Assembly: GCA_018826905.1 (NCBI GenBank)
Contig: JAHJYC010000004.1
Span: 207,988-271,987 of the forward strand
DNA length: 64,000 nt
Source: Patescibacteria group bacterium
Lineage (GTDB): Bacteria > Patescibacteriota > Minisyncoccia > Phycocordibacterales > Phycocordibacteraceae
Direction of reading: 5' to 3'
Positions 9,088 to 19,324 of the stretch are shown here, piece after piece. Position 1 is the stretch's first letter. Each line of letters begins with the position of its first letter. A model generated the notes under the pieces. The model was not told the origin of the DNA, ran no database searches, and saw only the letters and a list, made by a program, of their open reading frames with translations. Both the position numbers and the translations under genes were made by a program.

Positions 9088-9693
9088 CTATGAACTTTGC
9101 AGAATAACCGAACAAGCAAAAGTGAAATCTGTTGGTGCTTCAGTACCCTCGTACAATGGTGCCTGTATGAGGAGGGTAATCTCTTCGTTATTTGTTAGTG
9201 CCTGCTCAATGGCTGATCTTGCTCTTTCTGAAATTGCTGCAGAGCTTTCAAGTGTTCCATCAGTTAGAATCCCCAGTTTGTACAGCAAGCGATTTTCTTC
9301 TACACGATTCACCGTGTTCCCTCTCTCTACTCGTTCACTATTATAGGAACTAAAGGAGGACGGAGATGAGGACGCTACTTGTAGATATACTGCCGTGACC
9401 CTTTCTCCTAGGATTGTAGTGTCTCGCGAGACAATTTGTCCTTCAACCATGGCAGTGCCAGCCCCTCTAGAATCAGTGACGCGAAATGGTTCATTGATTA
9501 CCCGAAGCACATCAGGCTCTGTCGTACTGCAGGTAGCCTGGTTAGAGAGAAAGGAACGCTCCGTATCCTGTACTGAAGTATCTTCGGGCTGGCGCTGATT
9601 AGATCCATTGGGAGAAGCGGGGTTGAGTATCAGGAACACAACGAGACCAACAATAAGCACTACAGCAAGAAGCATAGGGATAGTATGTTTCAT
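9088..9693 (-). CDS. Hypothetical membrane-anchored protein
   Basis: N-terminal transmembrane segment (MLLAVVLIVGLVVFLIL); no recognised domain. Confidence 0.4.
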   Translation of the reverse strand: MKHTIPMLLAVVLIVGLVVFLILNPASPNGSNQRQPEDTSVQDTERSFLSNQATCSTTEPDVLRVINEPFRVTDSRGAGTAMVEGQIVSRDTTILGERVTAVYLQVASSSPSSFSSYNSERVERGNTVNRVEENRLLYKLGILTDGTLESSAAISERARSAIEQALTNNEEITLLIQAPLYEGTEAPTDFTFACSVILQSS

Positions 9694-9770
9694 ATACTGA
9701 TACAACAGGAAAGCAACTGAAAATTTAATTAATATTCAAGCTTTTACTCTTTCTGAGTATCTATCACAAA

Positions 9771-9799
9771 CAAAAACCGCCTGCGTAGGCGGTTTTTGT
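9771..9799. terminator. Bidirectional intrinsic terminator
   Basis: AAAAACCGCCT-gcgt-AGGCGGTTTTT: a perfect hairpin flanked by an A-run and a T-run. Confidence 0.7.
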
Positions 9800-9813
9800 A
9801 ACAGATGAAGGAG

Positions 9814-10353
9814 TTAGATTGTTAACTGATAGGTTTCTACATTACTTGCACCTGCGTCTTTGAAAATGGTTACTGCCTCATCTTCCTTGTCGGTGTGTGC
9901 TGCAACAAGGACATCACCTGCCTCAACACGGTCTACATATCGCTGAGCGTGTTCTTCAGAAATACCGAGTCGGACGAGACCAGCGAGTATACCGCCTGCC
10001 GCTGCTCCGGTGACTCCACCAGCCGCAGCAGCTCCTACAGCTCCAGTGAAGCCAAGTGCCGCTGCGATTGGGCCCGCTGCAAACAGTGGACCAATAACAG
10101 GAATAATCCCTGCGAAAGCTGCGAGACCCGCAAGGGCACCTACTGTTCCACCAACGGCCGCGCCTTTTCCGGCGCTTTCAGTAACTGTGCTACGAGCAAT
10201 GTCGTCTGCGTCTTCTTCTTTTATCTCCCCTTCAGTATTCCGATACACGTAGGATATGTCATCTGCAGGAACCTTGAGATCGTTATGAAGTTGATTAATG
10301 GCCTTCTCCGCATCTTCACGATTTACAAATGCACCAATGGTAAATGTTTTCAT
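9814..10353 (-). CDS. General-stress-protein-like (DUF1269 N-terminal domain with a glycine-zipper membrane segment)
   Basis: Gly/Ala-rich glycine-zipper segment (GAAVGGTVGALAGLAAFAGIIPVIGPLFAAGPIAAALGF) flanked by YflT-like soluble parts. Confidence 0.5.
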   Translation of the reverse strand: MKTFTIGAFVNREDAEKAINQLHNDLKVPADDISYVYRNTEGEIKEEDADDIARSTVTESAGKGAAVGGTVGALAGLAAFAGIIPVIGPLFAAGPIAAALGFTGAVGAAAAGGVTGAAAGGILAGLVRLGISEEHAQRYVDRVEAGDVLVAAHTDKEDEAVTIFKDAGASNVETYQLTI

Positions 10354-10490
10354 GTCTGTAAGTAGTTACTTACTAATAGACGCAGTGTACGCAAGAAACG
10401 ATGAACACCTCATTAAATGCATCGTACTTCTCGCTATCGTAAAAGCACACACTTCCTTCACCCTATATTTTTTAGCATTACTTCAACTAT

Positions 10491-11474
10491 ATGCTTCGTC
10501 TACTAGACCGATACCAAGTGCTTATTGCATTTGCAGTGATTCTCACTCTCCTTGCGGCATGGCACTTGAAGTATCTACTCGTCACGCTTTTCGGTAGCTA
10601 TGTGCTTGCCGCATCAATGCTTATACCAACCGAGTGGATTACTAAACGAGGAGTGCCGCGCCCCGGAGCAATTCTCATCTCGTATGGAGGAGCATTGCTT
10701 ATACTTGCCTCTCTTCTAACACTTGTCATAGCTCCCGCAAGCAATGACATTGCTCGCTTTGTGGGCACGCTACCTACCTATCTGAACCAGTTCACAACAA
10801 TGATTGAGCGCCTCGGGTTTGGGAGTATTGATACTGCAAATCTGGTTACCGCCATCCAAACTGAGATTGTACGTATAACAACCGGCTTCGCGAGCGCTGT
10901 GTCTGGGCTCGCGCTCGCACTTATCGTAAGCATCTATCTAGTGAGCGATTGGGAAAGAATCCATAAAGCACTTTCTGAACTTGCGCCCAAAAAGCAGCAA
11001 TCTACCCTGAATTGTTTCTTTGAGCGTTCCCGTCATAGCATCGCATCATGGGTACGTGGCCAACTTATACTCTCGTTCCTTATTGGAGCTCTTTCTTATG
11101 TCGGACTTCTGCTACTTGGTATCCCCTTCGCTTCAGTCCTCGCTATATTTGCAGCACTGCTTGAATTCATACCTGTTATCGGAGCGGTGATAGCTGCACT
11201 ACCCGCACTTATTGTTGCCTTCAGCATCTCCCCACTTGAAGCTCTCTTTGTCCTCATTCTGTACACTGCGATACAACAAGTAGAGGGACAGCTACTTGCA
11301 CCACTTGTTATGAAGCGTGCAGTCTCGCTGCATCCCATCGTTATCATCTTTGCTATACTCGTCGGTTTTCAGGTCCTCGGCATTGTGGGTGCACTTCTCG
11401 CTGTTCCCTTCTTTGCAGTACTTTGGGTTGCAGTCTCTATGTGGCGGGCGCGCGATAAATCAATACCTTCGTAG
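10491..11474 (+). CDS. AI-2E family transporter (UPF0118/PerM)
   Basis: Eight-transmembrane profile and the conserved C-terminal segment of the AI-2E family (GAVIAALPALIVAF...QQVEGQLLAPLVM). Confidence 0.75.
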   Translation: MLRLLDRYQVLIAFAVILTLLAAWHLKYLLVTLFGSYVLAASMLIPTEWITKRGVPRPGAILISYGGALLILASLLTLVIAPASNDIARFVGTLPTYLNQFTTMIERLGFGSIDTANLVTAIQTEIVRITTGFASAVSGLALALIVSIYLVSDWERIHKALSELAPKKQQSTLNCFFERSRHSIASWVRGQLILSFLIGALSYVGLLLLGIPFASVLAIFAALLEFIPVIGAVIAALPALIVAFSISPLEALFVLILYTAIQQVEGQLLAPLVMKRAVSLHPIVIIFAILVGFQVLGIVGALLAVPFFAVLWVAVSMWRARDKSIPS

Positions 11475-11522
11475 CTTTGCTGGACAAACCTTTCACTAAC
11501 TCCTACTTTTTTTGATTTCAAT

Positions 11523-11552
11523 ACAAAAGCCCCTCCGTAAGGGGCTTTTGTA
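11523..11552. terminator. Bidirectional intrinsic terminator between convergent genes
   Basis: AAAAGCCCCT-ccgta-AGGGGCTTTTG. Confidence 0.65.
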
Positions 11553-11585
11553 TAACGCACAATCTAGTGGACGTTGTTGGAACTG

Positions 11586-11864
11586 CTACTCAAGCTCTAA
11601 CTGTATGCCGCCCGTGCGCTTAGCGAGAAAATTGTAAATCCAAGCCGTAACATATCCGCCGATCCATCCCATGAGTCCATAGATCAAGGTCAGGAAGATA
11701 GGAGCAGCGACACCGAATATGACACCCACTACCCCTGACTCTTCTGTGCTGGCGACGAGCGAGATGAACATCATGATAAGACCAAAGATGAGGCCGAAAA
11801 TTGCATACATGAGACCCATGAGCTTAGCCAATGACTTTGGGGATATTCTTTTGAGCGTTTTCAT
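11586..11864 (-). CDS. Small membrane protein (hypothetical)
   Basis: Two or three hydrophobic helices, 92 aa. Confidence 0.4.
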   Translation of the reverse strand: MKTLKRISPKSLAKLMGLMYAIFGLIFGLIMMFISLVASTEESGVVGVIFGVAAPIFLTLIYGLMGWIGGYVTAWIYNFLAKRTGGIQLELE

Positions 11865-11981
11865 ACTCTAAGCCTAGCATCGAATCATGAATGCGAAACA
11901 TGACCTATTGAAGAACAAGACCACCCGAATGGACGGTCTTGTGGACGCTGTTGGAACCAGGATTAGAGAGTGGCCGGTCGG

Positions 11982-13043
11982 TCACTGCAACGTAATGGTC
12001 TCAGGAGTGATAATCAAAGGGTTGGGCACACCCTCGTCCTTATACCAAAGCTGTTCAAGCAGCAGAGTGTCTATAAGTGCATACACGTTCTTCCCACAAT
12101 ATTCGCGAGTAAATGTTTTCTCATCACTTGCGCCAAATGCCTGTCGATCTAGGGTCGGCCAGACACTGGAGAAATTCGGCACAAGCTGCGCATGTAGTAT
12201 TCCCTCAATCTCCCACGTGAATAGGTCACATGCACGTCTGAAATCGGATTCATGAATCTCGGCATTAAAATGCTTACCGCTACCATCATAGTCACGAAGG
12301 CCGTACAGGTTATCTGCAAGAGATACACCAGAGGAAAGTTGATGTATACGAAGAAAATGGACTGGAGTACCTGATTCACTACGGTAGTACACATCGCCAG
12401 AGTACGGATCAAATGTGAAGTTTGCAGCGGTAAGATTACTCCCATCCGTTGAATACACTTCAAAGGTTAGCCGCTTGTTAGATAGTGGCGAGATATTGAG
12501 TGATGGGTATGCGTAAGGCGTAGAAACAGTAGTAGATATATCTGACTGTTCAGGTTGTGGTGGCTGGATACTAAACGCAAAGGTAATGTCTTGTTTCGTG
12601 CGCGTGACAAGCGTAAGGTCATACTCTCCCTGAGCAGAAGGGATATCTATTGATACATGATCGTCTAGTTGGCGTGGCGGATTCCCAAAATCAACACCCG
12701 TATAAGTTCGCGGGGCAATTTCAATGCGCGATGAATCGGTTACACTGACACGTACGTTAAGATTCTCAATGCGTGCTTTAGTTTGAACAGTGAGTACGAA
12801 CCTAGAAAGATATCCGTCCTCAATTGGCTCTACTGACACCAACATGGCTTGCATAACAGGTGCCTGTGCATCAGTGTCTTCTGTGCCCTGTATTTTCTTT
12901 ATAGCCTCATCGAACACGAGTCCGAGATCGTTGACTGTGTTACCGGGCATATCCTTTGTGCCCCACCAAAGTCCTAATGCGATGATGAGTACTAAAATCA
13001 GGGAACAAAGAATTATGTAAGGAGCGCCATGCTTTTTCTTCAT
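11982..13043 (-). CDS. Hypothetical membrane-anchored extracytoplasmic protein
   Basis: N-terminal transmembrane anchor then a 320-aa beta-rich region with no recognised domain. Confidence 0.45.
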   Translation of the reverse strand: MKKKHGAPYIILCSLILVLIIALGLWWGTKDMPGNTVNDLGLVFDEAIKKIQGTEDTDAQAPVMQAMLVSVEPIEDGYLSRFVLTVQTKARIENLNVRVSVTDSSRIEIAPRTYTGVDFGNPPRQLDDHVSIDIPSAQGEYDLTLVTRTKQDITFAFSIQPPQPEQSDISTTVSTPYAYPSLNISPLSNKRLTFEVYSTDGSNLTAANFTFDPYSGDVYYRSESGTPVHFLRIHQLSSGVSLADNLYGLRDYDGSGKHFNAEIHESDFRRACDLFTWEIEGILHAQLVPNFSSVWPTLDRQAFGASDEKTFTREYCGKNVYALIDTLLLEQLWYKDEGVPNPLIITPETITLQ

Positions 13044-13173
13044 GAAGAAAGCATAGCACTAGTTCACAGCTACTTAGACCGAAATACAGAATCGCTCATT
13101 TGGCGCTCCTACAGTGCGTGCCCTTATGGACGCTGTTGGGAGCACTCTACGCCTGTGATGCTATGCTGTTCTC

Positions 13174-14013
13174 GTGTCAGCCCTCATTCTCGTTTTTCTT
13201 TCAAGTCTCTTCCGCGAGGTCAGCGTATCGATTGGCAAGCGCCAGGTAGCGAATCATACAGAATCTCTCTATGGGATGGGTTTTCTCGGTGCAATATGGA
13301 GCACTCTATTCTTCATAGGCATAGCAGTGTTCTCGTCTACCAATCTCGTTTTTCTTCCGGAAAGCCTGCCGACATTTATCCTTCGCGCGGTCTTTGAAAT
13401 CATTCTGCTCTTCGTTGTTCTTCATGCCATTAAGGACGCTGACAGGAGCACGCTCAGCTCACTGCGCGTCCTAACGATCCCTCTTCTGCTTCTGGTCGAT
13501 ATCACGCTCGGCTACGCAATGTCAGCAATGCAAATGGCAGGGGTACTGCTACTTATGGCGTCGGCAGCTATCATTCTATTCAAGGTCCCTTCTCTTGCTT
13601 CGAAAGGAAAGATTATGGCACTGACGTCTGCAGTTCTCGCAGTTATCACTATCTCCCTCTATAAGTACGACATCACGAACTTTAATTCGGTAGAAGCAGA
13701 GCAGGGACTGATGTACTTCATCCTTCTTATTGCACTTCTTATCGGTTCAATAGTACAAGGTCATGAGAACGTATTCAGATATCTGTTGCGCCCAGTGTGT
13801 CTCTTCCAATCCATTACTGCAGCTGCAGCTGCAGTCTTCCATTCCTTTGCGTATGTATTCATGCCTGCGTCAGTCATACTTGCACTATCCCGCTCAAGCG
13901 AAGTGTTCTTGTCTATGATCTCAGGTCGTCTATATTTCCATGAAGCCGGGCTGCTCTCCCGAGCAGTTGCGTTCTTACTTATTATTGCAGGCATCACCCT
14001 TTGCGTTCTGTAG
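13174..14013 (+). CDS. Multi-pass membrane protein (possible DMT/EamA-like transporter)
   Basis: About ten hydrophobic segments in two halves; GTG start at 13174 (alternative internal Met). Confidence 0.4.
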   Translation: MSALILVFLSSLFREVSVSIGKRQVANHTESLYGMGFLGAIWSTLFFIGIAVFSSTNLVFLPESLPTFILRAVFEIILLFVVLHAIKDADRSTLSSLRVLTIPLLLLVDITLGYAMSAMQMAGVLLLMASAAIILFKVPSLASKGKIMALTSAVLAVITISLYKYDITNFNSVEAEQGLMYFILLIALLIGSIVQGHENVFRYLLRPVCLFQSITAAAAAVFHSFAYVFMPASVILALSRSSEVFLSMISGRLYFHEAGLLSRAVAFLLIIAGITLCVL

Positions 14014-14056
14014 ACGCAAAACACAAAACCGCCCATGTGGACGGTTTTGTGATCTG

Positions 14057-14130
14057 CGCGGTCGACGAGACTTGAACTCGCAACCTCCCGCGTGACAGGC
14101 GGGTGCTCTAACCAGTTGAGCTACGACCGC
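14057..14130 (-). tRNA. tRNA-Asp (anticodon GUC)
   Basis: Manual fold: acceptor GCGGTCG/CGACCGC, anticodon stem CCCGC/GCGGG with loop CTGTCAC, T-arm GCGAG-TTCAAGT-CTCGT, discriminator G. Confidence 0.9.
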
Positions 14131-14189
14131 AGATATAGCGCACGGCACCGATAGAATATAGCCTGTTTCCAGACCTAAGACAACTCGTG

Positions 14190-14263
14190 TGCTGGCGGGA
14201 GGACTTGCACCTCCGACCTTAGGTTTATGAGTCCTATGCTCTAACTACCTGAGCTACGCCAGC
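14190..14263 (-). tRNA. Elongator tRNA with CAU anticodon (tRNA-Met or the lysidine-modified tRNA-Ile2)
   Basis: Acceptor GCTGGCG/CGCCAGC with a G1-C72 pair; C11-G24, so elongator type; anticodon loop CTCATAA. Atypical features are an A31-A39 mismatch and a T-loop reading UGCAAGU, with G at position 55. Confidence 0.65.
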
Positions 14264-14299
14264 GAATACTACGCACAGTACTATACAGTTCCCCTACGT

Positions 14300-14983
14300 T
14301 CAACGCCCGAGCTCTTTGAGTATCTCCTCAGCACGCCCAATGTCCTCTGGATACCCTACAGGAATCCAGAGAGGCTGCTCTATAACCATGATGGGATGAT
14401 CCTTCCCAAGACTCGCTACGGGGTCCGTGAGGAAATACTCGCCGCTCTCATGACGAGGAGCTGGGTAATCAAAGATACGCTCGTCTAGCATGATCCCTCC
14501 AGTTGAGACGAGATTGCTCGCTGGGTTTTCTGGCTTTTCAACGAGTTGCTTGAGTGTCCCGTCTTCGTGTCGTTCTATAACTCCAAACTTTGAAGGTTCC
14601 GCATGTGGCGCTGCAAGAAGAGAGTATGGGTGTTTAGTAGCTTCCATGAGCGCCTCTGCCCCATGTATGTCGTCCCCATACATAAATAAGAATCTGCCCT
14701 TAAGGAGGGGACGCGCAATAGAAAGAGCGTGCGCTGTTCCTGCTGGCATCCACTGATGTACATACTGAATCCTTCTCCCCGCGTACGAGTCTCCAAGTCG
14801 CTCTCGTATCATCTCGCCCTTATATCCAACAACCACGATAACCTCGTCAACCTCTTCAGGGAGTGCATCAATAATGTACTCAATGATTGGCTTTCCGTTA
14901 ATCTCAATCAACGGCTTTGGTGTGTCTAGCGTCAATGGACGCATGCGCTTTCCTTCTCCTGCGGCGAGTATAACTGCTTGCAT
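14300..14983 (-). CDS. Sugar-phosphate nucleotidyltransferase
   Basis: N-terminal MQAVILAAGEGKRMRPLTLDTPKPLIEING nucleotide-binding signature. The internal ATG is chosen over the long upstream extension. Confidence 0.75.
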   Translation of the reverse strand: MQAVILAAGEGKRMRPLTLDTPKPLIEINGKPIIEYIIDALPEEVDEVIVVVGYKGEMIRERLGDSYAGRRIQYVHQWMPAGTAHALSIARPLLKGRFLFMYGDDIHGAEALMEATKHPYSLLAAPHAEPSKFGVIERHEDGTLKQLVEKPENPASNLVSTGGIMLDERIFDYPAPRHESGEYFLTDPVASLGKDHPIMVIEQPLWIPVGYPEDIGRAEEILKELGR

Positions 14984-14993
14984 ATACTTTCTA

Positions 14994-15914
14994 TTACTCA
15001 ATAACAATCGTATTGGTAGCACCAGACCCCTCTGGAACAACCGGCTCAGAAGAAGAAAGCACAACATATACCAACACTCCAAGCACGATAGAGATGATAA
15101 CGAACGCCGCTCCAATAACTTCAATGTATTGCACGCGCGCATGCGCAATAAGCGCAATGATCAAGAGAAATACAACCGCACCAAGAAGACCGAGGAGTAA
15201 GTATATGTAGGTATGTGTTGGAGAAGCTGCTACTTGTGACATAAACGAAACGAATTGCGCATCAAGCGTTTCTATTTCAGCTCCCAATACCTGCCCAGTT
15301 CCAGCACCAAGAGATCCAACTCCTCCTCCAAGCGTAGGTCCTGCTCTTGGTGTTGCAAAGAACTGCACTACGAAGGTAGTTTTCTTTCCTTTATATTCTC
15401 CCTCTGCAGTACCAATCCCAATACGGGTGTACTGAGGCTTTACGATATTGGCGCGGTGCGTTGGCGAATTCATCCACGCCTCTTCAACATCCTCTGAATC
15501 CTTAAAATCAACGGCCAGGTTTTCTCCCGCATAGGTGTACGAATAGCCCACTTGATCTAACCAATACCAAGGTGCATTTCCAGAAGGATCAACATGGGAA
15601 AAGTATCCTTTCTCCGCCATATCATTCGCCTTCAATTGCGCGGCCTCAGCTAACAGCGGATCCGGAGTAAGAGCTGCTACTCCATTCTTTTCGCGATCAT
15701 CGTTTGTGAGAGTTGAAAGTACTCCAGGAAGCACTGACGCCATGAAATTCGTCTGCGTGAACACAACAAGTGTCTGCAAGACGTATGCTGCATGGAGAAG
15801 TAGCAATCCACTTATGACAATAGCAACACCTGCTCCTGTGAAAAACAGTGGCTTGTGCCCGTTCCCTGAATGAGGGAGTAGGTAATCCTTAAGTGTCTTT
15901 TTTGGCTGTGCCAT
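14994..15914 (-). CDS. CAP (SCP/PR-1-like) domain protein with a C-terminal membrane anchor
   Basis: CAP-domain core (EAWMNSPTHRANI, GYFSHVDPSG), then a Gly-rich linker and a transmembrane segment. Confidence 0.6.
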   Translation of the reverse strand: MAQPKKTLKDYLLPHSGNGHKPLFFTGAGVAIVISGLLLLHAAYVLQTLVVFTQTNFMASVLPGVLSTLTNDDREKNGVAALTPDPLLAEAAQLKANDMAEKGYFSHVDPSGNAPWYWLDQVGYSYTYAGENLAVDFKDSEDVEEAWMNSPTHRANIVKPQYTRIGIGTAEGEYKGKKTTFVVQFFATPRAGPTLGGGVGSLGAGTGQVLGAEIETLDAQFVSFMSQVAASPTHTYIYLLLGLLGAVVFLLIIALIAHARVQYIEVIGAAFVIISIVLGVLVYVVLSSSEPVVPEGSGATNTIVIE

Positions 15915-15917
15915 GAA

Positions 15918-17444
15918 TTATGCTTCCTGTGCTGCTAAGAGCGCTTGCAATTGTGCGAGAAGCGCAAGCAACTGCGTAAGAAGTGCTAGACGCTCTGTTT
16001 CAGACATCCCTACACTTCCCTGGTTAAGAAGTGCGAGCGTTTGCGGACCAACTCTCCCTGCAGCAGGAAGTCCATGACTTTTCTGATACGCCGCAACTGC
16101 GTTGTATGTTTGGGTTCCATAAAAACCGGTCGCCTCTCCTGCAAAAAATCCTTCTGTCTTTAGAAGTTCTTGTAGCGCAACAACGTCTGAACCAGACATA
16201 CCTGGAGAAAGCTCTACAGCAAAGCGATAGGTAGAGGCACCAAGCACTTCTCCTACAGAACCAGAATCAATTGATCCCCCAGAAGACGAAGAGCTTGAAC
16301 TACGACGTGAGCCTCCACTGCTACCTCCCCCTCCCCCGCCACCCCCAGAACTTGGTGTGGGAGCGGCAACAACCTCTATTGTTCGCGTTACAGGTGTTGC
16401 TTCATTTCCTGCGGCATCTTCAGCTGAGTAGGTAATGAGGTACGTTCCAGCTACAGCAGTATCTACGTCCTCAACTCCTTCACTCGTAACAGCGACATCG
16501 CCGTCATGAGTATCTGTTGCGGTTGCTTCTATATCAGGAAGCACGAGAGCCTCACCCTCTGTAAGAGAAATAGTTGCGTCTCCAAGAAGAGTTATAACTG
16601 GCGCTTCTGTATCAACGATAAATGAAGAGACCTCGAGTGAAATCTTAGTACCAAGTCCGTCAGGCACACGAAGTATACAATCCACGTACTCTCCGTCCTC
16701 TAGCGGCTCAAACACTACTGTGTTTTCTCCAACAATGGCTTCTGTTGTAAGGCTTGTACATTCTCCTTCATACTCAATAGAGCCCGCGAGAGTACTTCTG
16801 AACGAATATTCTGGTGATGAACTATTTGTTACAGCAGGAACTGCGCCAGTCTCAGTTAAAGTTGCGGCAACAATAACTTCTTTGGTTGTTGTTGATGTGT
16901 TACCCGCACGATCAGTCGCACTGTATACAACTTGGTACGTTCCCGCAGCCTCAGGAAGCACGTCCTGAATAACATCCACCTCTCCATCAAGTGCGTCTAG
17001 AGCGGTAAAGTCTCCTGCATCTTCTGTAATAACTGGTGGGGTACTGTCAAACGTAACGCTAAGCAAGGTATCTGTAGTTGGTCCACTTGATCCACCAGGA
17101 AAAATTGTTTGTAACTTAAAGTTATGAACGCCGTCTGTAAAACTCCATCCACCTGGTGTAAGGTCCCCAAACTCCCAGGTTGTATTAGTCAACCATTTAA
17201 CAAGTCCAAGGTGTATTTCATCAGAAGTTCCTTCTGGAGTGGTGACGAGTCGAAAATCACTTAAATAAGCATCTGCGGTACCTACAAAAAAAGTATTGGA
17301 ACTTTTTGAAGTGATGTTGTCTCCCACAACTCCCGTATCGCTCTTTGCAGCAAGTTCTATCGTTGGAAGCACCTCGTCAGCCCTAACAAGAGCGGGGGCT
17401 GAGACAAAAGCAGAAACTAGAACTAGTGAGAGGATAAATCGCAT
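15918..17444 (-). CDS. Secreted surface protein with Ig-like (DUF5011-type) repeats, a Gly/Ser low-complexity linker and a C-terminal peptidoglycan-binding domain
   Basis: Signal peptide; repeated ...AGTYQVVYSATDRAGN... / ...AGTYLITYSAEDAAGN... modules; C-terminal PG_binding_1-like segment (ALQELLKTEGFF...GPQTLALL). Confidence 0.6.
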   Translation of the reverse strand: MRFILSLVLVSAFVSAPALVRADEVLPTIELAAKSDTGVVGDNITSKSSNTFFVGTADAYLSDFRLVTTPEGTSDEIHLGLVKWLTNTTWEFGDLTPGGWSFTDGVHNFKLQTIFPGGSSGPTTDTLLSVTFDSTPPVITEDAGDFTALDALDGEVDVIQDVLPEAAGTYQVVYSATDRAGNTSTTTKEVIVAATLTETGAVPAVTNSSSPEYSFRSTLAGSIEYEGECTSLTTEAIVGENTVVFEPLEDGEYVDCILRVPDGLGTKISLEVSSFIVDTEAPVITLLGDATISLTEGEALVLPDIEATATDTHDGDVAVTSEGVEDVDTAVAGTYLITYSAEDAAGNEATPVTRTIEVVAAPTPSSGGGGGGGGSSGGSRRSSSSSSSGGSIDSGSVGEVLGASTYRFAVELSPGMSGSDVVALQELLKTEGFFAGEATGFYGTQTYNAVAAYQKSHGLPAAGRVGPQTLALLNQGSVGMSETERLALLTQLLALLAQLQALLAAQEA

Positions 17445-17531
17445 GAAAATAAGTAGGCCAGTAAGCTGTATACGTCTAACTATATAAAGGAATGAGCACT
17501 ATGCAACCCACAAGATGCTAGGATACGAATA

Positions 17532-18338
17532 ATGAAGGTTCTTGGGATATCCCTCCTTTTTCTCTCCCTTTTGCTGTGGACACAAAGCAGTGTCCTTGCC
17601 GCAGGGCTTCCTGCAGGCTTTGCACCCGGTCCAATATGGGTTTCTAAACAATCTCCTTCTGAAGGAGAGCGGATAGAACTCTATGCAGCAGTGTACAACT
17701 CAAGTGATACGTCTATTGAGGGGTCAATAACCTTCCTCGTAGACGATGCTGAGATTGGTTCAGTTCCCTTCTCGCTAAACGATGGGGAGACTAGTATTAA
17801 ATCAGTGGAATGGGTAGCAGTTGTGGGAGCACATAAGATACGTGCCTTCGTAGACACTGCTATAGAACGCAACTCAAAGCAGAAAGCGAATATTGAACAT
17901 GCTGAGGTAGCAAATATTTCTATACACGTAGCAGAAAAGGAACCAGAACCTAAGGTGCTCACTACACTAGATACAGCAGGATCAGCACTTACCAGTGTGA
18001 TTGCCTCAAGTAGCCCCCTCACCTCAAGCATTACTCAGAGCGTAGTACAGACAACCGAATCAATCCGCACTGCTGGAGAAAGTTTCCTCTCGGGCATTGC
18101 AGGCACAAGTACTCCAGCATCCTCGCGTTCTTCTGGAGAGGTGTTGGGTGCAGAAACGTTTGTTGCAGAACCTGAAGAAGAATCCTCTCCTGGATTTATT
18201 GCTCGTATTGCAGAAACACTGCTTCCTATTTTTAGATACCCAGCAATCTTTTATCCAGTCTTTTTAATACTGCTTGGTGCTGTCTTTTGGATACTTGCAG
18301 GAAGGCTTCGCAACCCTGGTAGACGAAGACGTCGCTAA
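17532..18338 (+). CDS. Secreted hypothetical protein with a C-terminal transmembrane anchor and an Arg tail
   Basis: Signal peptide MKVLGISLLFLSLLLWTQSSVLA and a C-terminal hydrophobic helix followed by RRRRR. Confidence 0.45.
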   Translation: MKVLGISLLFLSLLLWTQSSVLAAGLPAGFAPGPIWVSKQSPSEGERIELYAAVYNSSDTSIEGSITFLVDDAEIGSVPFSLNDGETSIKSVEWVAVVGAHKIRAFVDTAIERNSKQKANIEHAEVANISIHVAEKEPEPKVLTTLDTAGSALTSVIASSSPLTSSITQSVVQTTESIRTAGESFLSGIAGTSTPASSRSSGEVLGAETFVAEPEEESSPGFIARIAETLLPIFRYPAIFYPVFLILLGAVFWILAGRLRNPGRRRRR

Positions 18339-19324
18339 CGTGCTGGCGTGGTTGTTGCATCAATCAGATCAATGCCAAGTGTATGGTCTGCAATAAGTAG
18401 CGTCTCAAGCACGGAAAGCTGAGAATGTGCTTCTGAGTAAAGAAGGAAGGCTTCACTGTTGTCCTCTGCTTCCTCCGCGACAACCCCCTGATCTATAAGT
18501 TCTTGGATACCAATAAAGGACTCTGCTACTGATTCTTTGTCTTCTTCATTCAACAGAGCAAGTCCCCCCTCAAGACGCAGCTTAAGCGCAAGAAGTGCAG
18601 TCTCTGCTTCTTGTTTTTGCGTATTTACTGTATGCGTATCAACGCCAGTTACCTCAACCCCCTCCTCAAGCTCAACAGCTGTATTTTCTGCTTCTTGGAG
18701 TGCTTCATCAAGCCGTGCGTGTAGCAGGGCCACGTCTTCTACCGCCTCTGGGTAGATAGCACCCACCTTCCCAAGAATAGATTTATGCGCAGATAAAAGT
18801 GAATGTAAATCTGTATTAGACTGTATCGCTACTTCTGTTTCGCCTGCATCATGCAGCGCATCAATGTCCTCCTGTGCTTTCTCTAAACGCTCTGCAAGAG
18901 AACCCATTATAAGAGCAACCGTTTCTTCTGAGAGAGTTCCCTTAAAGGAAGCTGCAGCAAATTCCTCCAACCTGTCCCCAGCAAACGCTACCTCAAGCTC
19001 TGCTCTCTCCTCTGTATCTCGCGCGAGTGCAATCTGTACTGGCTCTCTAACCTTGAGCTTAACTGGGTACAACAAGTCTCCTGGTGTCGCTCCACCTGAG
19101 GCAGACACAACTCCGGTTCCACCGACTATAAGGAATAGTGCAAAAGCTGTTACATAGCGGGCGCTTGAGGCGAAGAACGTTGCATAGGGAGAACGTACAG
19201 GTTTCTTTCCTGCATGCATAAAGGCGAGAAGGTTCTCTCTATGCGTCTGCTTTTCGTCCGCACGCAAAGACACCCGCGTTCCCGCGTCTTTAAGCAGCTC
19301 CTCAATGTTGTGGTCTTTGTTCAT
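18335..19324 (-). CDS. Putative anti-sigma factor (DUF5667-like, single transmembrane segment)
   Basis: Overlaps the ECF sigma stop as ATGA; short cytoplasmic N-terminus, one transmembrane segment, long acidic helical extracytoplasmic domain. Confidence 0.5.
   Translation of the reverse strand: MNKDHNIEELLKDAGTRVSLRADEKQTHRENLLAFMHAGKKPVRSPYATFFASSARYVTAFALFLIVGGTGVVSASGGATPGDLLYPVKLKVREPVQIALARDTEERAELEVAFAGDRLEEFAAASFKGTLSEETVALIMGSLAERLEKAQEDIDALHDAGETEVAIQSNTDLHSLLSAHKSILGKVGAIYPEAVEDVALLHARLDEALQEAENTAVELEEGVEVTGVDTHTVNTQKQEAETALLALKLRLEGGLALLNEEDKESVAESFIGIQELIDQGVVAEEAEDNSEAFLLYSEAHSQLSVLETLLIADHTLGIDLIDATTTPAR

Noticed and set aside
10010-10252. Plus-strand ORF antisense to the general stress protein gene
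   Set aside because: It is a mirror-frame artefact of the Gly/Ala-rich region, with Pro/Ala-rich low-complexity translation.
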